This document shows, in pieces, positions 1 through 11,800 of a stretch of 64,000 bases of DNA. Origin of the DNA: Corallochytrium limacisporum Hawaii (taxonomy: Eukaryota; Protista; Pluriformea); the NCBI GenBank assembly GCA_002811645.1, contig PDIP01000036.1, positions 266,985 through 330,984 of the forward strand, read 5' to 3'. The stretch's first letter is position 1. Every line of letters starts with the position of its first letter. The position numbers were made by a program, and so were the translations under genes. The notes below the pieces were generated by a model. That model searched no databases, was not told the origin of the DNA, and saw only the letters and a program-made list of their open reading frames with translations.

Positions 1-890
1 TATGTCTTGAAAATGTGATAAGGCCGCTCAGCAACATTGAAAATCTCTACCTTCCGATGATAGGACCGTGTCTCGTAATGGCGCTTATGCTGTTTCTTTA
101 CAAAAGGTGCCTTGAGCAGAACGAATTTCTCAGTTTCGCGCTCGACCACACCAATCTTCTTCATGCCAATATGCAATTCAATTGCGGCCCTCTGCATGAG
201 CTCAACAAAGGCACCGATTGTTTTGGGATCGTGAGACTTAATCTCAAACACACCCCGCATCACTTTGTCCTTCTCAGGTACTCGGCACAATTTTATCCAT
301 TCCTGCTTCTTGACTTCCCATTCACTGGGAGCCGGCTGTCCTCCGCCCAGCATATGGTCCAGTACACCTCGAGCCGGTAAGCTGTCGTCTCCTTGGAAGC
401 CAGTAGGTACTTTGTGGAAGATGTAGCCCATGTCATCTGGTAATAATTCACCTTCACTTTCAGGCACAGCTTCTGACTCTATGGGCTTCTCGTGCTCCTT
501 CTCAGCTCTGACACTTTGGAAGGGCTGCTCGGGCTCGGGATGCATGGGTGCCTGTCCAACAGCATCGTTAGCGTCGAGCGCTGAATCCATTTCCACAACG
601 GGTTCCTTAGGATGTGGATCATTCTCACTTCCTTCCATACCGTCATCTAGGGGCGCCTCACCTGTCACTTTTGCCTTGATTCCCTTGTCCTTCTTTGCCG
701 TGGGATCTTTCCCATTGCTGTCGCCACCCGTTGTGCTGAAACTTCGACAAAACAAGTCTGTTGAGTGTTGCGTACCCCATATTTTGACCAGATTCTGAGA
801 ATATTCTGACTTTGGCTTGACCAAGCCGGCCGAAATGCCTTGGCGAACCGTTCCCAGTCGCAGCGTCCGGGACAGAATTGTCCGCCTCAT
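1..890 (-). CDS. MRPS10: Mitochondrial ribosomal protein uS10m (3' end runs off the window)
   Basis: Not in the ORF track. Manual translation from ATG 890: MRRTILSRTLRLGTVRQG... (Arg-rich presequence), a long acidic extension, then an S10 core FEIKSHD...AAIELHI...EKFVLLKAPFVKKQHKRHYETRSYHRKVEIFN. Frame is open to position 1. Confidence 0.8.
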   Translation of the reverse strand, partial: MRRTILSRTLRLGTVRQGISAGLVKPKSEYSQNLVKIWGTQHSTDLFCRSFSTTGGDSNGKDPTAKKDKGIKAKVTGEAPLDDGMEGSENDPHPKEPVVEMDSALDANDAVGQAPMHPEPEQPFQSVRAEKEHEKPIESEAVPESEGELLPDDMGYIFHKVPTGFQGDDSLPARGVLDHMLGGGQPAPSEWEVKKQEWIKLCRVPEKDKVMRGVFEIKSHDPKTIGAFVELMQRAAIELHIGMKKIGVVERETEKFVLLKAPFVKKQHKRHYETRSYHRKVEIFNVAERPYHIFKT

Positions 891-1218
891 GATGTTTCTA
901 CAGTTTAGGTTCAGTCCCCTACACCATTGTTCTCCAACCGTCACAATTTTTGGTAGATCTCGACTTGGCCAAATCCCAACATACGATCATTCTTAGACAC
1001 ACCAAATACAGCCTGAAATAGTCGTTTTGTTGACCAGTGTGCAAATAAACTGCTACTGCTTCGTCGCTCCCCGGTGTCCTAGTTCGCCTTCCCTTTTGGC
1101 CGTCGCCGTCGCCACCCATCCATCCACGCGACCTGCGCACCACCGACCTTACATTCACTATTGCCCATTGCTGCAGAGGCCATGTGATAGCCAACAAGCC
1201 AACGGGCCAAACGGGAGA

Positions 1219-1236
1219 CCCCCCGGGGGGGGGGGG
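1219..1236. promoter_or_regulatory. C6G12 palindromic tract in the divergent uS10m/fumarase spacer
   Basis: GACCCCCCGGGGGGGGGGGGAGCC. Same element recurs upstream of several genes. Function is inferred. Confidence 0.4.
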
Positions 1237-1880
1237 AGCCAGTGCTCCCCAACACTGCAGGCACAGAGAAAGAGGAGTTTGGCATTTAATGATCATAAAA
1301 TATTGATCATTTCCAAAATTCTGAGGCAGGTGAGGTATTCTTTTTATTTTGGGCAACACTGACTAAGGGGGAGGTCTCGGTCACCATGGGCTCTCCTCTC
1401 TCGCTGGGGGGAGGGGAGGGGGGACCCCCGTTCTCAGGGGCTCCGGATAGCACGAGATGTGTTCTTATCCTTGTGAACAGTTTGGGTCCTTTCTATTTTT
1501 ATTCCGCTGAACGGATCGTACATTTTGAACTGTGGTTTGGTAACACTTCCTGGTGCGGGAGGGGTGCGGATCTCGCAAGGCGGTGGAAAGAGCACGGGGT
1601 TGGAACAAACTGCGTGCGGATCGTGGAATGGAGGCTGGGGACACGGTCATGTAAACATCTCCAAAGCAAGGTTCTCTGTGGATACTGGAAATGATACGAG
1701 AGCATCGAACAAAGTGTAGAATACGAACATATTGTTGCCTTCGTGTCCTACAGGTAAGCCTGCACTTCGGGGTACGAGAAGCAGTAATGTTTCATATCCC
1801 CACAACGAACATAACTGAAAAAGTGTTACATCTGCCAGTTTGAGTCGAACTGCAGATCGTGGATTCGGGCAACAGTTACA

Positions 1881-3617
1881 ATGCTTTCCCTCGCAGCTCA
1901 GCGTGCCAATTCAGCTCAGCGCACTCTGAGCACAGTGGCGAAGACCGTCGGCTGCTACGCTACAGCAGCGAGCAAGCCTAAACCGGCTGTGCCTGACTTC
2001 CACTACCAGCCTCTATTGGAGACGACGGGCCCTCATGACGTACCATGGAAGAAGGTCACTAGCGACGGTGTTCAGGTGAAGAACATCGATGGTAAGAAGA
2101 TCTTGGAGGTCGACGGTTCCGCCATCACTGCTCTTACCACGGAAGGATTCATTGATATTGCTCATCTTCTCCGTCCGGCCCATTTGGAGTCTCTGGCCAA
2201 CATCCTGAAGGATCCGGAGGCTAGCAAGAATGACCGATTCGTAGCCCTGGAGTTGCTCAAAAACGCCAATATTGCTGCTGGTATGGTCCTCCCTGGATGT
2301 CAGGACACAGGCACGGCCATCGTTATGGGCAAAAAGGGACAGTACGTGTGGACCGATGGTCAGGACGAGTCTCATATCTCTCGAGGTGTCTACGAGACCT
2401 ATACCAAGAAAAACTTACGCTACTCTCAGGTTAGCCCGGTGGATATGTTCACTGAGAAGAACACTGGAACTAATTTGCCAGCCCAGATTGATCTCTACGC
2501 CACCGCCGGCAACGAGTACAACTTTCAATTCATCGCCAAGGGCGGCGGCAGTGCCAACAAAACATTCCTGTTCCAACAGACCAAGGCTGTTCTGAACGAG
2601 GAAGCCCTCACCAATTTCCTCTACGAAAAGATCCAGACCCTTGGCACTGCTGCTTGCCCACCCTACCACCTTGCCGTCGTTATTGGTGGTCTCAGTGCTG
2701 AACTGAACCTTAAGGCTGTGAAGATGGCCTCCACTAAGTACCTCGACAACCTGCACACATCTGGTAATGAGTTCGGACGGGCGTTCCGGGATCTCGAATG
2801 GGAAGAGCGTATCCACAAAATGACTCAAAAGCTTGGCATCGGGGCTCAATTTGGTGGCAAGTACTTCTGCCACGACGTACGAGTGATTCGCTTCCCCCGC
2901 CACGGTGCCAGCTGCCCCGTTGGCATTGGTGTTAGCTGCAGTGCTGACCGTCAGGCACTTGGAAAGATTACTGAGGAGGGAGTCTTCCTTGAACAACTGG
3001 AGACTAACCCCTCAAAGTACCTCCCGGATGTCAGTGAGACTCATCTTGATGAAAATACTGAGGTCGTGCAAATCGATCTGGACCAGCCCATGAGCAGCAT
3101 TCTCAAGACTCTGAGCCAGTATCCAGTCGCTACCCGTGTGAGCCTGAGCGGTTCTCTGGTCGTTGCCCGCGATATCGCCCATGCTAAGCTTTTGGAGCGC
3201 ATGAAGTCGGGCCAAGGCCTTCCTGACTACATCAAGGACAAGATGATATACTACGCCGGTCCCGCTAAGACCCCTGAAGGATACGCCAGCGGTTCCTTTG
3301 GTCCTACCACGGCTGGTCGTATGGACTCCTACGTCCCAGAGTTCATGAAGGAGGGAGGTTCCATGGTCACTTTGGCAAAGGGTAACCGGAGCCGCGGTGT
3401 CACGAAGGCCTGCAAAGAACACGGTGGTTTCTACCTCGGATCTATTGGTGGCCCTGCTGCCATCCTCGCGCAAAACAATATTAAGAACGTTGAGGTACTG
3501 GAGTACCCTGAGCTGGGCATGGAAGCCATCTGGAGCATTCGTGTGGAGAACTTCCCTGCATTCATTGTTGTTGATGACAAGGGCAATGATTTCTTTGCCA
3601 AGTGGCAGGGAGCTTAA
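1881..3617 (+). CDS. Class I (4Fe-4S) fumarate hydratase, mitochondrial precursor
   Basis: FumA/FumB-type motifs [48 protein letters not shown]-terminus is basic and free of acidic residues (presequence-like). Confidence 0.95.
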   Translation: MLSLAAQRANSAQRTLSTVAKTVGCYATAASKPKPAVPDFHYQPLLETTGPHDVPWKKVTSDGVQVKNIDGKKILEVDGSAITALTTEGFIDIAHLLRPAHLESLANILKDPEASKNDRFVALELLKNANIAAGMVLPGCQDTGTAIVMGKKGQYVWTDGQDESHISRGVYETYTKKNLRYSQVSPVDMFTEKNTGTNLPAQIDLYATAGNEYNFQFIAKGGGSANKTFLFQQTKAVLNEEALTNFLYEKIQTLGTAACPPYHLAVVIGGLSAELNLKAVKMASTKYLDNLHTSGNEFGRAFRDLEWEERIHKMTQKLGIGAQFGGKYFCHDVRVIRFPRHGASCPVGIGVSCSADRQALGKITEEGVFLEQLETNPSKYLPDVSETHLDENTEVVQIDLDQPMSSILKTLSQYPVATRVSLSGSLVVARDIAHAKLLERMKSGQGLPDYIKDKMIYYAGPAKTPEGYASGSFGPTTAGRMDSYVPEFMKEGGSMVTLAKGNRSRGVTKACKEHGGFYLGSIGGPAAILAQNNIKNVEVLEYPELGMEAIWSIRVENFPAFIVVDDKGNDFFAKWQGA

Positions 3618-3729
3618 ACTGCAAAGTCCACAGATATACACACCATGCTTGAAAAGTTAAAAACTTACATTCAATACATCTCTGACATTTCTACTAGGTG
3701 TATATTATCATAGAAGATTTTCAATTCCG

Positions 3730-6381
3730 TCAGGAGTTGGCTTCCAGCATGGCAAAGTGCTGGGCCCATGCATCAAGTGAGCTCTGATTCGCAGCGCGGA
3801 AGAACCAGCTTACACTCCCCTGTCCATTGATTCTGAAGGCCAGGGACTCGTCACGAACCCTCCCTTTTTCAATAACTTTGGTGCTAGGATCGTCCTTTGG
3901 AAGACAGCACAGCTGGAATTTGGACTTCTGGGCTACCGCCTCGTTCCAGGTACCCTTTGGCTTTTTCTTGAACACAAAGAGGCAACCATCCCGACTAACC
4001 AACCAGACTTGCTTCCATTTGTTCTTCACTCGCAGTTCAACTGGTCCCTCACAGGGTAGGTAGTCAAGGTTCGCGGGCGAAAGAGATTTTGATGGAACAA
4101 ACAGCTGTTCTTTGACGGCACCATCGGAGTCTTTTTCGGCGGCGTCAACTAAGGCTTCATTGCCTCCCGGAATAGTACCGACAGTGACAGGCGCGGGTTT
4201 GCCCGCCGACACGTCAGAGGGACTCCGCCTCGCAACCACAGGCGCAGTTGATCCAGTCTTCAGCACCACCAGGGAAGGCATGTGCTCGTAAGGCTTCAGA
4301 CCAGCAGCATCGGTTGCTTCAAGGTCTGCACCGTTCCACACGAGGAAGTGACACATCTTCTCAAACCCATTCCTAGCTGCTTCATGGAGTAGCAAAGTCG
4401 TGCCATGGTCAACAGAACTATTCACATCGGCGTTATGTGCAACTGATACATGAGCCAATTCCAAATTATTCTGCTGTACGGCAAGCCTAAGGGTATTGTT
4501 TGGGCTGTCCGTTAATTCCCAGGTGCCAAGTCCCACACGGTCTGCATATTTGGACTTCACAAGCGCGGGACGATCGCTTGGGACAGGCTCAGGCGGATTT
4601 GCCCAGTAACTGCGGTTGACGATAGTGTTTCCAAGGTCCGCTAACATACGCAGTGTGGCATCACTCCAGCGATCAAGAGCAAACGAGCGCACCTTCGAAA
4701 CATGTGTGCCAACCTGGCGATGGGCCCCTGAGCACTCAATGCACATCAGGGCCCCTAAATTGAGCGATGCCCATTCAGGATTAGGCTGCCCGCAATCAAC
4801 ACACTTGTCATTGCCCGGTGCGTTCTTAACGACTTTGATGAGCTCAGGGTCAGCCTTCACCTCACGCTGCGTACCATCGTGAAATTGATCCAGGGCAGAC
4901 AGGATTCCAGCTTGCAGACGCTGAACCCATAGGTTGAAATCACTCGTGGAATCCGCCTGTAGCTCAATAGTTTGATTTGGCCACACAAGTTGGAAGCAAT
5001 TTCGGCGCACCGTGTGTTCCAATGGTTTCACAGTGCACAACTGCAAGGTTCCCAGGGGACGAAGGGGGGCGAGGTCATCATCGTTTGTAAATTCGTCGCC
5101 CTCTGGAGAATCCGAAAGGTTTGACTGCTGTGACAGTGATCCGGCATCATGGTCTGGATGGTCGTTGTCATCCTCAGTAGCGTAGGATTCACTTACAGAT
5201 ACCGGCAAATCATTCTCTTCATCGTCCCGCAGAATACTGGGACCATTTTCCATTACACTAGCTCGCCGCATGTTGGGTACGTTCCAAGGCTCATCGCCAG
5301 GGTCAGGGTCATGCACATTCGGTTGGCTTGAGGATTGGGTTTCCTCTGCAACATCCGGGACTGATTGAGGTGGCACCACCGTCGGTGTGGCCGCCTTGTT
5401 TCCGAGGCTGGTGTAGACAGGATCTTCGAGGGCAGCGTGCATCTGGTCCTCCATTCTCGAAATGCGTGTGCGGAAGTTCGCCTGTGCGACAGCCCTGCGT
5501 TGCGAATACAGGGTACCATCCGCAATGGTGAAGAACCTTCTCGCCCATCGAGGCTTCTTCGCAGTGCCCGTGTTAATGTTGAGATATCCACGGAAAACTT
5601 CTCGTGGGTCCGATTTCTGATGAGAATTCGAAGCACCAGACTCGATCTGCGCAGTGAGCTCCTGTTTTGTTGCGGCAAGGATTCCAGCCTCCTTCTCAGT
5701 TCTCTCGATGCATTTCTGCTTGGCTTTTTGTAGCTCCTCGACTACTATTGCCATCTCATCACGACGTTTCAACAACTCACTACAGTAGTGCACTTCCGTT
5801 TCGGCCAGGGCAATGAACGCATCGAGAATTGCAACTTCCGAGTCTTGCATAGCAGCATGGATATGTTGGACAAGATTTACAGATTTCATGCGATATTTGT
5901 TCTCACTCTGTTTCGCAGTGCTTTCCAGCCCAGTGTAGTCAGTAACTTTCTTATCAGCAATCCAACAGGCCTTCAAGTCTTCGATAGCTTGTTTGTCGGC
6001 CTTGTCGAACTGTCTCCAAGCTGCCTTGGCCTTTGGCAAAGTTTCGTTCCGCAATTGCAATTTTGAGTTTTCCGCTAATTTACGTCTCTCCAATGCAAAT
6101 TTCACCTCAAGATCGCTTCGTACCATTGAATTCTCCTTCAAACGTAAAAGTGGCTTTTCCCATTCTGCTCCGGGGACCATTATACTGTCCATTTCGTCTG
6201 AGTACCGCTTCTGTGCCGTGCTAAACATCTGAGAAACCTTGGTCTGCTCTTGGGCCAAGTCATAGATGGCATACATTGCCCCGCCCCGATTCTGCAAGAC
6301 TGCAGCATACCCCTTGAGGGCGGCGCGGAAGGTGGGACTGTCCTCCACCGCTTCCTTCGCGAGGTTTGCCATACGATCCAT
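3730..6381 (-). CDS. ACAP/centaurin-beta-like ArfGAP (BAR, split PH, ArfGAP, ANK, extra PH)
   Basis: N-terminal EDSPTFRA BAR start. PH halves GYLN...WARRFF and NCFQLV...LQADS...WV. ArfGAP zinc finger CVDC...CIECSGAHR. Ankyrin LLHEAARNG. Second PH-like domain at the C-terminus. Confidence 0.9.
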   Translation of the reverse strand: MDRMANLAKEAVEDSPTFRAALKGYAAVLQNRGGAMYAIYDLAQEQTKVSQMFSTAQKRYSDEMDSIMVPGAEWEKPLLRLKENSMVRSDLEVKFALERRKLAENSKLQLRNETLPKAKAAWRQFDKADKQAIEDLKACWIADKKVTDYTGLESTAKQSENKYRMKSVNLVQHIHAAMQDSEVAILDAFIALAETEVHYCSELLKRRDEMAIVVEELQKAKQKCIERTEKEAGILAATKQELTAQIESGASNSHQKSDPREVFRGYLNINTGTAKKPRWARRFFTIADGTLYSQRRAVAQANFRTRISRMEDQMHAALEDPVYTSLGNKAATPTVVPPQSVPDVAEETQSSSQPNVHDPDPGDEPWNVPNMRRASVMENGPSILRDDEENDLPVSVSESYATEDDNDHPDHDAGSLSQQSNLSDSPEGDEFTNDDDLAPLRPLGTLQLCTVKPLEHTVRRNCFQLVWPNQTIELQADSTSDFNLWVQRLQAGILSALDQFHDGTQREVKADPELIKVVKNAPGNDKCVDCGQPNPEWASLNLGALMCIECSGAHRQVGTHVSKVRSFALDRWSDATLRMLADLGNTIVNRSYWANPPEPVPSDRPALVKSKYADRVGLGTWELTDSPNNTLRLAVQQNNLELAHVSVAHNADVNSSVDHGTTLLLHEAARNGFEKMCHFLVWNGADLEATDAAGLKPYEHMPSLVVLKTGSTAPVVARRSPSDVSAGKPAPVTVGTIPGGNEALVDAAEKDSDGAVKEQLFVPSKSLSPANLDYLPCEGPVELRVKNKWKQVWLVSRDGCLFVFKKKPKGTWNEAVAQKSKFQLCCLPKDDPSTKVIEKGRVRDESLAFRINGQGSVSWFFRAANQSSLDAWAQHFAMLEANS

Positions 6382-6724
6382 GGCCTACCACTTTATTTGA
6401 TAAGCATGGCCTATTTTCCTGCCGTATGTGTCATGTCATCATATTCTGTCTCATGGAATATTATCTTGCCTGTGTGAAGTTTAGTACCCGTCACAGACGC
6501 CTACGACGTCGTTTGTTGGCGAGCAAACGATACTCCTTGCCCTCGCAGAGACAAAACGTTCCCCCACCACACTAGCAGCCGTGTTCGTCCCTACCCGATC
6601 GCATCTACCACTGCTGACTGGGCATGGTGAGGTGAGATGTAGGGTGAATGAACTTTGTGAGTACATGAAATTCTTTTTGAGTTGTTTTTATTACATCATG
6701 GTGACAGGGCCTCAGTCACAGAAT

Positions 6725-8896
6725 TCACCGGCGTTGCTGCTGGTTGTAATATGAATTGTGGTAGTAGTGTTGACCCTGCTGTGGGTAGTGTCCGTGCTGA
6801 GGGTACTGGTGCTGTTGGTAGTACGGGGGTCGTCCTACTGGGTTGCCATAGGCCGACGTCGCAGAACCAGGCTGTTGTGGACGGTACGCAGAGTGACCGT
6901 ACTGAGGATGATGTGCATATCCCGGATGGGGCTGTTGGTACTGGGTATGAGTTTGCTGATGCGGTTGCTGTGGAGGCTGTGGGGCCTGAGGTGCTGCTTG
7001 TGCTCGAGGGGGAGCGTTTGCTGTAGGCGCTTGTGGCGGGACAGTTGGTGGCCGTCCGCCTCTCACCGGCGGCTGAGCAGCCCTGGGCTTGGGACCAGGT
7101 GCCACTGGGAAGGAACCATGGAACTGTTTGTCGGTTTGTCCAGACTGGCCTGCATTTGTGTTTTGTGGCAGAGTTTGGTTCTGATATCCACTAGATTGGG
7201 TCGATGGCGTAGACTTTGAAGCGCCTCTTGGTTGCGGTGAGTGTGACGGCGACAAAACCGGTCCCCTGTTGTTCGGGTCAGCAGCTGGTTTCTCATCTTT
7301 TTTGTTGTACTGTTTCGGTGCTGAACCTCCCTGCGCCACTTGCTGTGGGTGTTTCGGCGGTGCAACCACTGGAGAAGCTGGGGCTGGGGTGGATGCACTT
7401 GCAGCTACCGCAATAGGTGCGGGCTGTATGGGATTCTTTGACTTTGGAGGATTCTTCGGCTTGCTTGGCCCTGACGCTCGCGCAGCTGCTGCGTCCCTTT
7501 CAGCCTCAGTGACTGGAGCTTTACTGCCTGGTTTGTCACCGGCACCCTGGACAGAATCTTGAGGTTCTGTTTTCACCTTGGGCTTCGATGGGGTTGATCT
7601 ACTCTTTTGTTCCTTCTTGGGCTTCTTCTTCAGGTCCTTTTCGTTTTCCTTTGGTCCATGTCCGGGTTCGTCATCCTCGGAGATGCTCTCAGCTTCACTA
7701 GCATCTTCTAGGACATCTTTAGGGTCCTGAACGCCCTTCTTTTGGCGCTGCATAAAGTTGGGATCTTCTTGGTTGTGGTATACACGCAAAACTTGGTCCA
7801 GTCTTAAATTGAATTCCGGATGGAGGCGCATCAATTTCTTGCGCCATAGAGTTCGGATTTCCTCCTCGACGACACCGCGTTTCCTAGCTCTTTCTTTGCG
7901 AATATAGTCACGAAGCGTCTGTTTCGAGGTAAACTGACGATTGTCATAGAAGCAACGTTCACCAATCGCATCAAACATGATTCCCAGCGTATGTCGAATA
8001 TCATCATTGAGGGGAATGTTTCGCCGCCGTCCTTCCTGCTTCGCAAGGGCTGTGAAAGCTTCCTTGTTGGCTTCGACATGTTCGGAGAGCTGTGTCTTAA
8101 GGACGCGTTCCATGTTTTCTAGCAGTTTACGTGCCTTCTCTTTCGATACCTCTGCCTCATAGCGATTGATGCGCTTTCTGATGGTCAACTCGGTGACGCC
8201 GGTACGACGGGCAATCCATTGGATGGCATCCTTACGTTCCAGGCCGACCTTACTGCATGTCTGTGAGATAGCCAACATGACATCATTGAGATCCTCCCAG
8301 CTGCCACCCTGCTTCTCGAAGAACTCCTTCGTAAGGTGTGCCATGGGACCATCAACCATAAACTCATCAACTTCCTGTTCACGCTCCGGGTCATCACCTT
8401 TCTTTTTCATAGACCTGGGTCTGATTGCGCTCTTGGGCTTCGCGGTTGGGGACTCCTCTTCCGACTCTTCGTCAGTGTAAACCTCTAGCTCGCCACTGTG
8501 CACAAAAAAGCCACCATACTTCGTGGTCAGCTTTTTCGTTGCCCTTTCATCGAAATTCTCTTCATCATCGATAAATGAGTCTGCTGTATCGTAGTCATCA
8601 TCGTCCTTTTTTCTTGTGACTTTTCGAGGCGGCGGCGGTTTAACGACACCGTTCTTGTCCTGTTCGAGGGCTTCCTCCTCCTCTTCTTCACCTGCAGCGT
8701 TCACAGTCTTTTTTGTCCGCCCGGCTAAAGTGAAGTAGTCGACATCGTAATTGGTGGTGATGTCGACCTTAATGCGTTTGAGCTTTACTGAAGGCTCCAT
8801 TGACTTGTCTGTTTCCAGGTCAGTACCATTCGGCACGGTGCCTTGGTCACTTGATTCGTCCACGGCCTCAGACGACCTCTTTAATTCTGCAACCAT
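6725..8896 (-). CDS. UBN1: Ubinuclein/Hpc2-like HIRA histone chaperone subunit
   Basis: HUN/HRD motif DDYDTADSFIDDEE...YGGFFVHSGEL, a helical middle region, and a long P/Q/Y-rich disordered tail. Confidence 0.8.
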   Translation of the reverse strand: MVAELKRSSEAVDESSDQGTVPNGTDLETDKSMEPSVKLKRIKVDITTNYDVDYFTLAGRTKKTVNAAGEEEEEEALEQDKNGVVKPPPPRKVTRKKDDDDYDTADSFIDDEENFDERATKKLTTKYGGFFVHSGELEVYTDEESEEESPTAKPKSAIRPRSMKKKGDDPEREQEVDEFMVDGPMAHLTKEFFEKQGGSWEDLNDVMLAISQTCSKVGLERKDAIQWIARRTGVTELTIRKRINRYEAEVSKEKARKLLENMERVLKTQLSEHVEANKEAFTALAKQEGRRRNIPLNDDIRHTLGIMFDAIGERCFYDNRQFTSKQTLRDYIRKERARKRGVVEEEIRTLWRKKLMRLHPEFNLRLDQVLRVYHNQEDPNFMQRQKKGVQDPKDVLEDASEAESISEDDEPGHGPKENEKDLKKKPKKEQKSRSTPSKPKVKTEPQDSVQGAGDKPGSKAPVTEAERDAAAARASGPSKPKNPPKSKNPIQPAPIAVAASASTPAPASPVVAPPKHPQQVAQGGSAPKQYNKKDEKPAADPNNRGPVLSPSHSPQPRGASKSTPSTQSSGYQNQTLPQNTNAGQSGQTDKQFHGSFPVAPGPKPRAAQPPVRGGRPPTVPPQAPTANAPPRAQAAPQAPQPPQQPHQQTHTQYQQPHPGYAHHPQYGHSAYRPQQPGSATSAYGNPVGRPPYYQQHQYPQHGHYPQQGQHYYHNSYYNQQQRR

Positions 8897-11800
8897 GTTG
8901 AAGCTAATGATTCAACTGCACCTTCTTGTCATTTTCATGTCATCATATTTATATTCTCTTAAATTATGCTTGTTGTGTACGTTGAGTATGAAGTCTTTGC
9001 AGGTCCCTTGATTTGCAAACGTGAGGTCTTATCAAGGTACTGATTATCGGTAATTTTCCTACCTTTTCCGTCACCGAAGAAACAGTTTCACTTGGAGAGT
9101 ATTTTTGTCTTCGAAAAGAGGAAGATAATCACCGAATTTGTTCAACGAAGCAAATATGATGCATGAGGTCTCTGCCCATTCTCTACACATCCAAACATGA
9201 CCGCGGAAACCAAGCAGGCCCTTCATCGCCGGCAATGCGCCTCCACTGTTGCCGGGCCCGTGTCTTGGTGCCGTCTTTTCGCTCCCTCCAAACTCTTTTG
9301 CCTTCCCCCTTCGGTCCTTGCGATGCTTCTTTTCGCGCAAAGAAGCTTGCGAATGGTCGCCTGTACGAAGACGGTCCACGTTCCCTATGTTATGAACTAA
9401 TTTTTCCCCCGTATGAAACGTATCCCATAAATTTCGCTTTCGTGGGGTGAGGGAAGGAGCTAAATAAAATAGACCGCCATGCAAGCCATGCCCTTGCGCT
9501 CATAGTTCGACAGACTTTCGGGGAGCGGGTCATGGTCATGTAAAACCTATAGTATATTTTGAGTAAAACTTCAACAGAAGAAGTCAAAACAGGCTACCGC
9601 TTCTTTCATTTTCTTCTGTCCAACTTTTTTTAAGCGATTAGCCTTCCTCGTTGGACAGTCGTAACATTCACTATGGGAATGGTCCCGTTACACAGAAACA
9701 TGCTGCTTGCTAGCTCTGCGCTTTGTCTGACGAGCGAGTGCATGCGTTGTGTATCTCATTGAACACAGCACGGGTACCAATAATTAGGACCCCATATAGA
9801 GTCATAGGCTTTACAGAGCAGAGGAAATAAAAAGAGCAACGAAAACGTATCGAAGCAAAGAAGGAGGATAAGGAGGGGCAACTACCCGGTTTAGGAAAAA
9901 AAGACACAGGACACGTCGGTGGATTCGTTCGTAAGTGAGACTCCATACTCAATATATGAACAAAATTATGGTCATGGTATCAACATGGTTCTACAAATTC
10001 GCTCCTGGATACCGTGACAGCAGGATGCTAGTCTCCAGTGTGATCATTTCCTCAAGTCCCGAATGTCCGACCTCTTCCTCGCACTGGCCACCCCAAATTT
10101 CTTCTCAGACAGTGCCATAATAAATGTGCCGACATGCATTGCGGAACTCAGCAGCGAGAGCGAAGGATGGTACGAAGTTTGGGGGGTGCGGGCGCTCAAT
10201 TTTGAGAACATGGAACATCTCGATGCTCGCATGTGGGAGGACATGTTTTTTTGACATGTTGCCTGCGTGTATTTTTGTGGTCCTTGAGGGTAGCGGTCCA
10301 TGTCAGTAGTTGGTTTTGTTTGTTGTTCTTTTTGTCTCATGATGATGTCTATTGCCTGGTCACGTTCAAGGGGGGAGCTTTTACGGCAGGCGCGGGAACG
10401 ACAACGGTGGCAGCAGAGAGGAACTAGTCATTGACGTGGTTGGAAATCGGACGTATGCGCAAAAGATAAACTTCTCTGGTGTAACGCGAATGATAAGGGC
10501 ACAGTCAGATTTTATCATCCAAAAAGTAGAAATGTTGCACAGATGCTTTCTCCGACAGTTAAGCAAAATTCAGATTACGCGTCGCGTACGAAAATACACG
10601 TTCATTCATGCCTGTTGGCAACATGGCAAATATTCTGTGCTCCTGGGCGTATTCACGATACACAACGAACACAAGGACGCAATTAGTCATCATCATCATC
10701 AACATGTTACCATGCCTTGCTTCCCTATTGCACCGTTCGTTGGTGATACCATATTTCTTTAGTGTGATCTAAACGCTCTTCATGCCACGCTTTCACTATA
10801 CTGTCAGGGCAGGGCAAACCAAGGGCGGCGTCCGCGCAAGGCATAGATCTCCTGTTGTTGGTCTCTCCAGATTGTGGATGCAGAAATTGATATATAAAAT
10901 TGACCACGGATCATTTTTCTCGTTTCGAAAATTTATTCTTCACAGAAGTAGAGATCTCAGTTGGCAGTCGCCAGCCACAAACAGGACACACAGAGTATCG
11001 CGTACGATCGAGAGCGCCCAGGGGCACTGGGCAGTATAGGATCGGTCGTTCACAGCCGACGCGCGGCTTGAATCAGACGAGCCTTCACGAAACGGTTGCG
11101 GTTTCCAAGCATGCAAAAGAAATCTACTCTGTTTTCATTGCCCGCCGAGGCTGTTTCACTGGCTCACCGTATGCTATCACGCAAGAAAAAAATCATTCAA
11201 ATACTTTCACTATGACCCCAGTATACGTAAAGAAAACGTCAGGAAGATCTGCGGACTCTGTCGCGGAAAGCATGGAGTCATTTGTCTGTTTGCGAGCCTA
11301 GTAGCATTGACATCTGTTTGCCTGTCAAGAATCTGCCATGGCCTGGCCTCCCTAAAATCCCCATTCTCTCACGCCTTGAGGATGTCCAGATCATGTTTAC
11401 ACTGGGAAAGCTACCAATCCCATGGAGGACTTTGGCCAATCCACATGCTGTTCAAGTACTATGGGCCGGGCACATATGCACACAGGAACTGACCCGACCC
11501 AAAATGGGAACTCATAGCTCCACTATACCCGGCTGCAAACCCCACGAGTCTGAAACCCTTCTGAACATGCACAGCGGACATCGTCTGCTTTCAAAGGAAA
11601 CGAAAGAAAATCCTCTACAGACATGGACCATCCATCCATATTGGAAGAGATACCACACCGTGTCCTTTCTCGTAAATCTCCGTTGCTCTGCTACGGGAGT
11701 GTAAACGTGCAACCAAATCATTTCCCCGGACGTGGTATCAGAGAACACGAGCATCCAACGAGTAAGTACTACTTCACTTTAGTTGTTTCAATATGGTTGC

